NCBI RefSeq assembly: GCF_000002075.1
Contig: NW_004797277.1
Span: 1,786,934-1,850,933 of the forward strand
Reading direction: 5' to 3'
DNA length: 64,000 bases
DNA from: Aplysia californica
Taxonomy: Eukaryota
This document shows, piece by piece, positions 1 to 13,408 of this stretch; positions within the stretch are counted from its first letter, which is position 1; every line of letters begins with the position of its first letter. A program made the translations under genes and the position numbers. Below the pieces are notes generated by a model that saw only the letters and a list, made by a program, of their open reading frames with translations, was not told the origin of the DNA and ran no database searches.

Positions 1-493
1 GTGAGAGCAGGCAAAGAGAGCCAGCAGATGTACGGTCACTAAACATGTTTTCCCAGCTACTGAACGAACAGTCATCATTAACATAGATCTACATGAGTTG
101 TGCACAGATCTGTAGAACCAGACATCACATAGGTCTGTTCAAAACTCTAGCCCTAGCCAATTGGCTCTCCAAAGTATTACGTGAATAGTGGCAAACAATA
201 TGACAAAAGGTCACAAATATATATATGTCAATTTGAGCGAAGTGAGCTTTTACACAGCATGTGCTTCAGCAGTCTATTGATTTAAACAAAAGTTTAGTTA
301 TCAACATTAGTGTGTATTCCTAGTTTAGGACACATTCAGTATGGTATCAAAGAGAAGAAGATATGACTCTTGTATTGTATGTAATCAAATTGCTCTACAA
401 TAAAATAATCTGGAATGCACACACATAGTAAAATTGGACCGCAGTGCAAACCTTTCCTTAAAAATAATATTTAATATATGACAAATTTTTAAA

Positions 494-767
494 CAGTCAA
501 ACCCGTGTAAGACGGCCGCCCATTGTCAAGGATAAAAGTGGCCGTATAAGACAGTTGGCCATCTCAGGCAGGACTATCAAAATGAAGAAAACAAACCATT
601 TATTTCTGAGGTTCCAACCGAAGGTAGCCGCATTGTCGTTGTTGTTGCTGTTGTTTCCGTTGGTTTGCTTTTTGTTTGTCTTTTTTTTTAGTTTGTTGTT
701 GATTGTGGGCAAGGGGAGAAATGGAATGTGGCCGTTTATACAAGTGGCCTCATGACAGGTTTAACTG
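494..767. mobile_element. pogo/Tc1-mariner-type MITE (short copy)
   Basis: CAGTCAAACCCGT...GACAGGTTTAACTG|TA termini; the 5' ~190 nt align with the longer copy at 58315. Confidence 0.65.
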
Positions 768-1703
768 TATATTTTAATGTGTATGAATTTCACTCTAGAT
801 CTATACCTGATGATAAGATGGCAGACAGACAAAGTTGGACAATTGTATCAAAATTTACATGATGAAATATAGCCCCATGTCAAAATGCAAGTTGTGCTTT
901 TAGTTTTGCATGTTTTGCAAATTTGGATAAAATTTGACATGATTTTTTTACTATCCACCTCTTTTAAGACCAAATGTTATTCACAAATGAAAAGCCTTTC
1001 CATTCCTTTTACTCCCATTTTCTTACAACTCTCTAACAATTTCACCCAGATTTAACTTTAATGTCGACAAGATGCGGCATAGTGTGCAATCTGTGCTTCT
1101 CCAACCATAGACACTCAATAAATGCACAAGCTAGCTAGCTACCGCTGGACACCTCTGTGACATATCAATAATTATACAACAAACAGGTCCTTAGCCTACA
1201 CTATTGCCCTCCGTTTATAGAGAGTTGTTGGCTTTCACTCTCATGCCTTGCCCGCTCTCACTCTTTAAATTCTCTCTCATTACGGCTACTTTGGTTAGTA
1301 AAAATGAAATCTGTGGTCATGTTTAATTAGATCTCTACCCTCGCTGATGCCAATTTTCTTTGCTGTACAAATTGTGCTAAACTTTAGCATATATGAAAAA
1401 ATTTGGGTCCCGAAAAAATGTGTTCACTGCTATACACATGAATACCGGTTGTCTATGTGTGCCTTTGTTGCAATATGCGAATGTAGTGTGTGCTAGATTA
1501 TAACAAGAAGCCAAAAAAAAAGGAAAGAATAGGGCCTAAAGCAGATTTTATGGTGGGGCCAGCATTGTCCCCAAATTCTCCGTCAATGGTTTTGAAAGGC
1601 AATAGTTTGATAAGAGTAGCTGCAGACAATTTCAAACAATAATAGAGAAAACGAACACTCACCTGAACTTGAAGATGACAAAGTAAAGAACTAAGATTCT
1701 AAG

Positions 1704-2994
1704 ACATGAAGCTACAGCGAGCACCTAGCACACCTCTGTGATTGGCCCAAATATATACAGTGGAATCCTGTTATAACGAGAGGGAGGGGCCGGTGCAAAA
1801 TGTCCGTTATAGCAGGATTCTCGTTATAAGGGACCCAGTAATAAATTAAAGGGAAACTGTAAAGTAGGCCTAATCTATGAGTTTGCTGTTCTGTTTGATT
1901 TCAAAGTTTGTTTCTTTTTGCTATCTCCCCTGATGACGATTTTGTTTCAATATGACGTCTAGGTCTTATTCGATCAAAAATCGAATCAGGTTTCTTTCTC
2001 TAGCTCTGGCGATATTGACTGACAGCTTGGGGTTGTCGATCAGAAAGAAAGGGCTCTGGGCTAACTCGCCTGCTGTGTTTTCCCCTGCCTCACTACACCC
2101 TGTGGTGCATTCCGTCTGCTTGTGCACCTCACACATTTGCTCCATCCATCATATTGCTGTGACCTCTCCATCCTCGCATCGGAGAAGTGAGAGGCATGGT
2201 AGGCCTTGATAATCTAAACTAGGCTTACGCTGGCCTATCACGTGATGCGTTCTGCTTGTCTGCGCATGCCACAACCTCCCTACTCAGTCGCTCCGGCCTT
2301 CATTGTTGACACAACATGGGCTCTCCTATTCTTTGTTTCGCTAGATCACCAACAAGTTTCTGAACTTGCAAGGTTTTACATATAGGCCTAATACATATAT
2401 GTATAATTGGCCTATGCACTGAGCACAGCAGCAGCAATATTCCACTATAACCGACTAGCATGTTTGTCTGATTGCGCTATAGCAGTATTTTATTTACAAA
2501 GGTAAAGAAGAGAAAAAAACAGGGTTTTAGAATAGTGTCTTTATATCAGACTTCTTGTTATTTCCGGACTCGTTATAAGTGAATTCCACTGTTGATGACG
2601 TATTTTCTGCAATTTATTTTTGTCGTCTTCTGGGGCTTCCCTCACCAGTTGTCTAGATCTCATTGTGGCGGGCCCGCTTTGTCGATTCGCGTGCGATGGC
2701 CTACGTCACTAGGTTTCATCGCCCACTGCTTGGGCTGTGTGTGTGCGTAAGCGTGCGTGCTTGTGAGTGTGTTCAACTTTGAGGAGAAGGTAAATTTATG
2801 GAACTAGAATTGCTAAGATTGTAAAAGATAACACTGCAAATCAATACCAAAAAAACCAAAAACATGGCGAGATCTAGTCAAAAGTTACTGGCAAGGGAAA
2901 CCCCGGAAGACGACAAAAATAGTTGGTGGAAATATGTCATCTTATATTTGGACCAATCACAGAGGTATGCTAGGCGCTCGCTGTAGCCTCATGT
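1704..2994. mobile_element. Mutator-type long-TIR MITE (host of a nested insertion)
   Basis: TIRs ACATGAAGCTACAGCGAGCACCTAGC / GCTAGGCGCTCGCTGTAGCCTCATGT; exact 9-bp TSD GATTCTAAG at 1695-1703 and 2995-3003. Confidence 0.75.
1758..2591 (+). mobile_element. Tc1/mariner-pogo-type non-autonomous element, copy 1
   Basis: TA|CAGTGGAATCCTGTTATAACGAG ... CTCGTTATAAGTGAATTCCACTG; homologous over its length to 53832-54618 in the opposite orientation. Confidence 0.8.
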
Positions 2995-3342
2995 GATTCT
3001 AAGCTTTGGTAAGGTTCACGCAAAATCAACTGGATTGTACTTTACCGGACCACCCGTCTGGGCCCGTGATTACTACGCACGTCTGGCCTAGCTACGCACT
3101 CATAGTCCTCTATAAGAGAGAGGTAGTTCCGCGGGCGACTTCGCGCAGAGCACACCAGCAGCAAGGCGAAGTGAAGGAGAGGTGGTTGTTGAAGGTGGGT
3201 AGGGGATGGAGTGGGTAGGGGATTTAACTTTGGTTCACCCACCGTATATATTATAATATCATAATGATCATAACAACAGTGGGGGGGTTGTGTCTGTAGT
3301 TGTTGTTGGCCCAAAGTACATAGCATGCAGCGTACGTTCAGA

Positions 3343-3343
<1 letters not shown>

Positions 3344-3419
<76 letters not shown>

Positions 3420-3432
3420 GGGGGGGGGGGGT
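3344..3432. repeat. (AG)n microsatellite followed by poly-G
   Basis: Direct reading. Confidence 0.95.
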
Positions 3433-4036
3433 GTTAGGGACCCCCTGGCAACAATAATAAAAATTTTTTTAAAACATACATAAATGCAAAACAATAACAT
3501 GAGCAGACCATGGCAGGGGTGGACAATTGTGTTTACATGATGTTATAACAACAGTGGGGGGTTTCAGAGAGCCCCCTTGAAACAATAATCTTTTTTAAAA
3601 AGTTTGTTGGCTATGTGTATGGCCCTGAAAAGTGTATAGATTTAGATATCGCTCAGCTGGACCAAAGATCGTTCACTCTGCCAAAAAAGAGTCTGCAGGA
3701 ATCCGCACATTGCTTCAGATGCCGCTGCGGTCTTTTTTTAAAGCTCTCTTTCGTTTCTCCAGAAAAAGAATGGGAATATGATAATAGCACAGTTTATTAG
3801 TTTCATTTTTATTGTTTTTCAAACAAATAGGGTAACTCTGTTCGCAAAGTCCACTCTTTTTCGAAGAAAGGAGTGAACTATATTGTTATGATTGATCTTT
3901 GGCTGGACCGCGTCACTTTATCGTTCAATATCTTGGCCAAGTGACGCTCTACGAGGTCAAGATAAGATAACTTGCAAAGTCATTAGTCACTATTTATAAC
4001 TTTGACCTGCAATGTACTATGTCATTTTCCATATAT

Positions 4037-6467
4037 GAGCTTTTGCCAAAAGGTGGGGGGTGTTTGCTAAAGGACTTTTTAAATCAACCACTACTCATGG
4101 TAAAATATGTTTTCTTCTGAAAACTTTATGTATATGGCAAGGAAATAAGTTGGTCACGCTGCATGAGCAAGTAGATTGATGTGTGCATCTTATATCTCTA
4201 CATAGAAAGATAATAGTACTAAAAATAGGGCATTTTTTACTCATCCTGAGTGCACACGTAATTGTATGTTAAATACAGAATATTGTTAATCTTAAACTAT
4301 CAAACAGAAGTGCATTCAAACATTGAAAATAGTTTGTATACACCATCATGACAGCGTGTGTCCATTAAAAGGGTTTTATTATTTTATATTAATGATGTTA
4401 TTGCTGAGTAAAATTTATAAGTTCGTTCATAACTCGTGTCATAATTACATCATCAGACTTTCCAAGGTCTAGAAAACCCAAATCGTTAAACATATCATTC
4501 CGGGGAATGACCGGTATTAAACATTGGTTTGACATTGATCCATCAGAAGGGTAATTTTCCGCTCCATCGCATGGTTTTGCTTAAATATGACTTTGATTGA
4601 GATAATCCAGGTTTGTCATAATGATGTTATGAACAAACACTTTTTAATATTTCTGCAAAATATCATGTGAGGGACTTCCCACTGTTTCACAACATCCTTT
4701 TACATGGTGGAATGAACATGGAAGAGTATCGTGCTGATGACTCAAAAGAGAAGCGAAGAAGAGGCAAAAATATGCTTGTCATAATGGATTGTCATCATGT
4801 TATGAACGTGACAGTGTGTCATAATGGTTATGAACGAAACCTTATTCCATGTAATTTACAGTTGTTTTGGGATGTATTTTTAATTTTAACCCAACTTGAG
4901 GATGTATTAGACCTTGCTTACATTCTGATATTTTGATTTTTATCATAAGTGTATGGGTCTGGATTTTAATTAGTATTTTACTTTTGTAGTAATGGTTATG
5001 AACGAACTACATATTGTACTCTGAGGGCTTTCCAGAGTTGATAAACATTAAAAACATGTACACAGATACATATTATTAGGAAACTTTCATTTAATATAAC
5101 ATTTTTAAGTAAATGACAGGTCAAAATATTAATTTTTAGGTCAAAACTGAAGTTTGTCATAATAGTTATGAACTAACAATTAAAGGTATTCTAAGGGTTT
5201 TTCAGTGATTAAACTTTGAATTCTTCCCACATATAACCTTATTTTGAGGAGAGTCTCATAAATTAAAACAATTTTATGTGAATGACAGAACAATAAGTTA
5301 ATTTTTTGGGCCCAAAGTAAAATTTGTCATAATAGTTATGAACGAAACAGTGTGTCATAACGGTTATGAACGCAACATTATTCCATGTAATTTACAGTTG
5401 TTTTGGGATGTATTTTTAATTTTAACCCAACTAAAGGACAGAATAGACCTTACATACATTCTGATATTTTTATTTTTATCATAAGTGTATGGGTGTGGAT
5501 TTTAATTAGTATTATACTTTTGTAGTAATGGTTATGAACTAACTATTTATAGTCCACTTTATATATTTTGAGGGCTTTTCAGTGTTAACAAACTTTAAAA
5601 ACATGTACAGAGATACATATTATGAGGAGAGTTTCATTTAATAAAAGTTTTAAAAAATGAATGACAGCTCAAAATGAGTACATTTTTAGGTCAAAATTGA
5701 AGTTTGTCATAATTGTTATGAACGAACCATTTTAAAGGTATTCTAAGGGTTTTTCAGGAAATAAACTTTGAATTCTCCCTACATAGAGGAATCTATAATA
5801 TTTTAAGGAAAGCCTCATAAATGAAAACCGTTTTATGTGAAAGACAGAACAATATAAGTAAATTTCAGGGGCCAAAAGTAAAATTTGTCATAATAGTTAT
5901 GAACGAAACCGTGTGTCATAATGGTTATGAACGAACTTTAAATTTATGCATAATATGCCCTAAGACCAGTTTGCGTTTAAAAATAGCTGTTCAATGGTCT
6001 TCCATTTATCACTTGACTATAATTAGACCAGTGTTATTTTAGGCAATTCTAGTCAATGAAACTTGATATAATCGATAGTATTTTGGTCACTTATTGTTCG
6101 TTCATAACTATTATGACACAAAAAAGTAATTTTATCAAAAATTAATAAAGATTTTTATAAATTGTCAATTTTATGTATTTTTGGAAGTTATTTGCTATGT
6201 CTCAAAATATAACATCAGCCTAGCTGAAGAAATGAACTTTGAGTATTCATAAATTTGTGTCATCATTGTTATGAACGAACTTTTTGCTATTTCCGTCATT
6301 CAAGTCAGAATTACACCAAGACCATTGCATATACAGCTTTGGCAGTTACTGAGTCTGAAAGAGCAATCATTAGGCCATATAATATGGGTGATTAAAGAAT
6401 TATTACATAAAGTTGATTTTGGACCTCATTTGTCACACCCTGGTATCCCACCTTTTGGCAAATGCTC
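4037..6467. mobile_element. Sola-like non-autonomous DNA transposon with internal higher-order tandem repeat
   Basis: TIRs GAGCTTTTGCCAAAAGGTGGG / CCCACCTTTTGGCAAATGCTC flanked by ATAT on both sides. GAG termini with a 4-bp AT-rich TSD match Sola2/3 descriptions. No transposase ORF. Confidence 0.65.
4790..5940 (+). repeat. ~535-560 bp tandem repeat built from three ~170-180 bp subunits, each with a GTCATAATNGTTATGAACGAA box
   Basis: Boxes at 4791/4818, 4986, 5156, 5326/5354, 5522, 5706, 5887/5915; 4810-5345 aligns with 5346-5905. Confidence 0.85.
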
Positions 6468-6629
6468 ATATATAAGGAATAGAAATTGCCATTGAAACAG
6501 GACAACGTCATACCCTTTAATTTTAATATAGGGTCTGTGTTCTTCCCGGTTGAAGTAGGTCAGCCCTATAAAGGGCCTGTGCGCCTCACACCATTTATAT
6601 ATAGAGGGCCTGCACGCTTCCAGGATTAA

Positions 6630-6821
6630 GTTAGTCCACTTGTAGTGAAGTGTGCGGTTTGATAGAAGTTTATAATTTCATAATGTGCCACCTAGCTTAA
6701 ATGTGAAGTGGAGGGCAATACAATAGCCTTGATGCCATGCGTACGGGAGAGCCGTACGCATAGCCATGAGGCTATAACGTACGGGAGCCATACGCATAGC
6801 GCCGTACGCATAGCCACTTCG
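6630..6821 (-). mobile_element. Isolated terminus of the Mutator family found at 43904-48347
   Basis: Reverse complement CGAAGTGGCTATGCGT...GCCCTCCACTTCACAT..AAGCTAGG...CTATCAAACCG..CACTACAAGTGGAC matches 43904-44035. Confidence 0.75.
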
Positions 6822-7315
6822 TAAAAAAACAAAACAAACATACATACGCATAAATGCAAAACAATAACATGGAGGTAAGTGGACCATGGCGCTAAGTGGA
6901 CAATCGGGGTAATTAGAGTTGGAACAGGCGGAGCCTCGCTTCGCAGCACTCACGGGATTGCAATTATATATGCAAATGAGCTCTCGTGCGCATCTCTCGC
7001 CCTCCATTGTACTTGGCTGGACCAGGATGGGAGTGGGGGGGAGGCCTAGCAGAGTTGCAAGCAAAGAAGAATAGTGGACCACTGGATCAAAGGGCACTGT
7101 GGCACGGTCGTGATGACTGAAAAACCCAGTAAGAGACATTAGTCGGTAGTTGGCAGTCGAAGGGTGAGGACGTAGCCTGAAAGTGTGTAGTGTAGGAGAG
7201 TGAGTAGGGGACCTCTGAAAGGAAGAATAGCGGACCACTGGGCGGGAACCAGGGGCGCCATGGAGAAAGCAGTTCCGACAGGCGGTTACCAGTGGTCCGG
7301 TAAAGTACAGTCTTA

Positions 7316-8771
<1,456 letters not shown>

Positions 8772-9028
8772 ATGGCGGACAGGAAAAAACTGTCCAGCCG
8801 AAACGACAGAGGCAGAGGACATACAGTTTACACACTCAAATCAGTCTTTGTTTTAGGGCATGCCGAGTTGATAACATTTTTGCTTTTTTCTTTGATTTTA
8901 TTGTTTTATACAGCGGAATGTTTGAAAGGCTGTAATGGTTGTGATCAAGGGCGATGTATCAATGATACTTGCGTTTGTTTACCTGGTTGGCGAGGATTGT
9001 TATGTGACGAATGTTACGGAAGAATAAG
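8772..9028 (+). CDS. ATRN: Attractin exon: signal peptide + EGF
   Basis: MADRKK...LITFLLFSLILLFYTAEC...CDQGRCINDTCVCLPGWRGLLCDECYGRI; AG|GTAATT donor. Confidence 0.9.
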
Positions 9029-9127
9029 GTAATTAGAATCTAGATGTAGAACTAACGCTCCTTTAGATCTACTTTGTCCGATAAGAATTTGCTTGATTGA
9101 CAGATTCCAAGGTATATTTATTCTTTG

Positions 9128-9377
9128 GGAAGATTGAAGAATACCGGACCACTCGTACATTATTGCGCGAGAAAGTGGGGTAGGTGGGACGGGTGGTTGG
9201 GGTGGAGGAGGGGGGGTTCAGGGGGGTCTCCCCCCTGACAAAATTTTAATGAATAGATCTACCGGTCCGAGATTCTCCATTGAGAGATATTAAAAATGGG
9301 AAAATTATGAATTCCTAAGGTTGAGACACAGTCACAGGCAAAGTCAGTCCGCTGGTCCGGTATTCTTCAATATTACC
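9128..9377. mobile_element. Small MITE
   Basis: Inverted termini GGAAGATTGAAGAATACCGGACCA / TGGTCCGGTATTCTTCAATATTACC; TSD unclear. Confidence 0.6.
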
Positions 9378-9438
9378 TTTCTTTAATCAGGGTGACCGCC
9401 AGGCCCCGGGGGTGATTTTGTAGAGTTTCGTTCGTTAA

Positions 9439-10225
9439 GGAAGTGGCTATTCTCACCCTGAGTGAGAATAAAAATACGATCTACCTCCCACCCCGGGTGA
9501 GACTTGCCAGAGTAGGTAGGCTATTCTCACCCGGTGTGAAACAAAACATGTTTTTCCTCATTTTGGAATACTATCGGTGTGGATGATCAAATTGATTTTA
9601 AAAAAGCCAAGAAAAAATTACGTGATAGCACAAAAGTAAGCAAATTTGATCGTCTTCAAAGATGCTATGGCTATTTCACTTTTCGAATCGAGCCGAACTA
9701 CGCGGGTCGCCATTTTGTTTTGCCCGGAAGTTCTCGCAAGATCTACTCCTCCCCTCTCTCTCTCTCTCTGTCTCTTTCTGAATACTGTCTATCGGTGTGG
9801 ACGATCAAATTGACCAAAACAAAGTCTAAAAATGATGTTAAAAAACAATTATTAAATTAATTTGGTTCGTCTACAAAGATGCTTCGGCTATTTAACTTTC
9901 TGAATCGAGTCGAACTACGCGGGTCGCCATTTTGTTTTGCCCGGAAGTTCTCGCGCTACTCTCTCTCTCTCTTTCTCTCTCTCCACTGCCCACAGACAAA
10001 ATTGCACACTTTTAGGCTTAGCACTAACAGTAGTAATAGATCTATATCTAGAACGTTTGTTCACAGCACAGAATTCTATAATTCTGTTATCACAGTGTAG
10101 AATTATGTGGTTCAGGGTGAATGCTTCACTGGTTGGCCTAGGCTATAACGGTGAACGCCCACCGGGTGAAAATAGCCAAAAGACTCGCCTGCGCTATTCT
10201 CACCCGGGGTGAGAATAGAGTGGCC
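9439..10225 (+). mobile_element. Non-autonomous DNA element, copy 1 of an inverted pair
   Basis: GGAAGTGGCTATTCTCACC...GAGAATAGAGTGGCC flanked by TTCGTTAA on both sides; repeated CTATTCTCACCCGG subterminal motifs. Confidence 0.7.
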
Positions 10226-10240
10226 TTCGTTAAAGTTAAA

Positions 10241-10940
10241 GGCCATCTTTTTGGCTATTCTCACCCGGTGTGCGTTCACTTTGATAGCCTAGGCTAGGCC
10301 AAGCAGTGTAACGTTCACCGTGGAGTACAGAATTCTACACTAACAGAAATGTAAAATTCTGTGCCGTGAACAAACGTTCCAGCGCTCTTAGTCTGGTGTG
10401 TTGAAAGCGTGCAATTTTGTTTGTGGGCAGTGAGAGAGAGAGAAGTAGCGCAAGTACTTCTGGGAAAAACAAAATGGCGACCAACATAGTTCAGCTCGAT
10501 TCGAAAAGTCAAATAGCCGTAGCATCTTTGTAGAGACGACAAAATTTACTTTTGTGTTTTTAACATCATTTTTTTATCTTTGTTTTTGTAAATTTTATCG
10601 TCCACACCGATAGACAATATTCAGAAAGAGACAGAGAGAGGAGGAATAGATCTTGTGAGAACTTCCGGGCAAAACAAAATGGCGACCCGCGTAGTTCGGC
10701 TCAAAGTGAAATAGCCATGCATCTTTGTAGACGATCAAATTAGCCTATTTTTTGTGCTGTAGGTCATTTTTTCTTTGCTTTTGTCAATTTTATCATCCAC
10801 ACCTATAGACAGTATGCCGAAATTTGGAAAAACAGGTCTTGTTTCTCACCGGGTGAGAATAGCCAACGCTGGCAAGTCTGACCCTGGGTGAGAGGTAGAT
10901 TGTATTTTTGTTCTCACCTCGGATGATGATATCCACTTCC
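10241..10940 (-). mobile_element. Non-autonomous DNA element, copy 2 (inverted relative to copy 1)
   Basis: Reverse complement aligns to 9439-10225; ends CCACTTCC followed by TTCGTTAAAG. Confidence 0.7.
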
Positions 10941-11344
10941 TTCGTTAAAGTCGGAAGCTGAACGCCAGAGACCCTGAATTTGCATGGTAATTGTTGAGGA
11001 GTGAACTAAGCCTGAGACTGCCCAGAAGGAAACACTAAACTAAAGCCAGAGAAAATAAAAATTCAATCAAAGAATGGCACTTTGTGTTGCCTAAATTTGG
11101 TCATCAAGACTTCCGGATTTCTTCTCTGGATGTAAACAAATGGATCGTGGACGAACGAAAGAAGATCACCGCCCCACGAAGTACCCACGAATTTGAAAAA
11201 CAAAGTTACTAGCCATACTTGAGTGTCTTAAGTTCGGCTAGCCTGAGAGTCTAGCCGGCTAGACTTACTTAGATCTAGGTTTGGCCCTATTGACCGAAAC
11301 GTGTACAGGTTTGCATAGATATAGTAATTATTCAGATTTAAAAT

Positions 11345-11582
11345 GGCCACCCCCCGGGTGAGAATAGCACAGACGAGCCTTTTGGCTATTATCACCCGGT
11401 GTGCCTTCACCATGATAGGCCAACCAGTGTAGCGTTCACCGTAAACAAACGTTCCAGCGCTCTTGTGCTGAGAGCATGCAATTTTCAATTTTGTTCCTTG
11501 GGCAGTGAGAGAAAGGGAGAAGGGGGGGGGGGGGAGACATACAGAGAGGAGTAGAGGAAGAACTTCCGGCCAAAACAAATGG
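11345..11582 (-). mobile_element. Third, truncated copy of the 9439-10225 family
   Basis: GGCCAC...CCGGGTGAGAATAGC...GGCTATTATCACCCGGTGTG...ACTTCCGGCCAAAACAAATGG. Confidence 0.65.
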
Positions 11583-13204
11583 TAAAATACTTTAGGTATT
11601 GCAAACTAAATTTAATTTAAAGTTCAGCCTTCATTATTAAGTACAGCTAGCCTGACAGTCGTCGTTATGTACGGCTAGTCTAGCCGAACTAGCCAGTCTA
11701 GCCGTACTTATTGTAGGCTCTAAGAAACCTGTTGAGTACACAGGTCTCATTAGTAATTATTCAGGTTTAAAATACATGCCCTGTCAGTAAGGCACCTGGT
11801 TTTGTCTCAAATACAATACTTTTATTGCAAACTAAAAATTTATTTACAATTCAGTGAGCGTATTTTTTTCTGTTTGTCAGTCTAGCCATCATATAAGTAC
11901 GGCTAGCCCAGCTGTCTAGCCGTCATTAGTACGGCTAGCGTCTCCTTTGAAAAAAATCGCATAGACCCGGGGGCACTCTTCGGGAGAAACAATTGAAAAA
12001 AAAAAAATGAAGTCAAGTAAAAAAGCTGGCTGAGTTGCCAGAGTGAAAAGGCCATCGGTAAATTTATAGAACTAAGGAAGTGGCTAGCCATTGTACGGCT
12101 AGCCTGCCAGTCTAACTGTAGTTAGGTTAGGCCCTGTTGATCAAAACCTGTTGAGTACACTGGTCTCTTAAGGTGTAGTCATTATTCAAGTTTTAAAATT
12201 ACATGTGGGCCATTTTGTCTAATTTAAAAGCAAGCATAGAATCATCCCTTGCCTAACAGGCAGCCATGTGCAGTTTTTGAAGTTGTAGGTACTCTTTAAA
12301 TCATAAATAGTAGCTTCAGTTTTGGGTAGGGATTCATTTTTAAAATTTTGCCCATGCAGCAATTTTAGAACCACCAAGGGGTCTTTAATGTGTGAGACTT
12401 CCAAGTGGGACTTAATAATATAATAATTTTTTCTTCCTTTTATCTGAGAATACTAGAGATATACTACTTACCCTAGGGTCAGGGGATGTGTAGATAACAC
12501 ATTTGAGAAAAATTAAACCACAGCTGGCGGGGATCAAACTCCAGACTTTCAGGTTGACAGGCGAACATGATACCTCACAGCCGAACATGATAGGTCTGTT
12601 GAGCTACTGTGCCCCTAATTTGGAAAGTTCAAGACCTTTTTTCTTTCTTTTAGTAAAACTTTTGACTGCAATTTCCCTTTTTCTGATGCTGAAGTTTAAG
12701 ACTCCCAGATCTTGATCTGGTCAACATGAGCTATTGAGGATATTGTTACTTGTAAATCCCTTCCTTCTGCGTTCAGCCTTTGATCAGTTGTGGAGTATAG
12801 ATGTACCAATTTAAGCTGTCTCATCCTACCATCACACACTGGGTCAGTATTTTCCACTCTTCTCAGAAATGTGCAGTACTATACTCTTTCCCTGTTCATC
12901 AAGATCATAGCCCTAGGTATTCTGTGGCATTCCTTTTTTGCTTTCCCCTGTGGGTTAAATTGAGGCTTGTCTTATGGCACTTTTACTAGATCATGCAGGC
13001 TTGCGGAGCTAAATGAAGACCAATCCATCTTCATTGCCTTACTTTGGACTGAGTTTTGGTTTTTATATTTTTGTTGTTTAGATAATATTGTTGATTAGAA
13101 TTTGAGTAAAAATATATAATTAAGTATTTTTTATCCCAAGTTTGTAGACAGGTTCTGCTTTTTTTTCAATGGGCTTGAATTTAAATGAGATTTTATTCCC
13201 TCAG

Positions 13205-13408
13205 TTTGCAGAAAGGGCGTGAAGGTGTCATTCATGATGGAGCAGCAAATTACTCAAAAGACCTCAGTTGCAGCTGGCTGTTAGAGGCTGATGCTCCCAA
13301 CATGCGTGTCCACCTTCAGATAAATGATTTTGCTACTGAATGTGTTTGGGATCATCTTTACATTCACAACGGGGATTCTGCATTTTCACCCTTAATTGCT
13401 GCTTACAG
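13205..13408 (+). CDS. ATRN: Attractin exon: CUB domain
   Basis: LQKGREGVIHDGAANYSKDLSCSWLLEA...FATECVWDHLYIHNGDSAFSPLIAAYS. Confidence 0.93.

Noticed and set aside
1952-2209. ORF similar to 54217-54465 (IKNRIRFLSLALA...)
   Set aside because: The similarity comes from two copies of the same non-autonomous transposon; no domain, and starts and stops are not shared.
3042-3500. 152-aa ORF with poly-Pro and LSLSLS runs
   Set aside because: Translation of microsatellites.
4600-6280. CRISPR-like array of regularly spaced 21-bp repeats
   Set aside because: Eukaryotic context; the spacers are ~150 bp and homologous to each other, some boxes are inverted, and no cas genes are present.
6678-7238. 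186-aa minus-strand ORF next to PI4K2
   Set aside because: Lies in intronic transposon termini; no recognisable domain.
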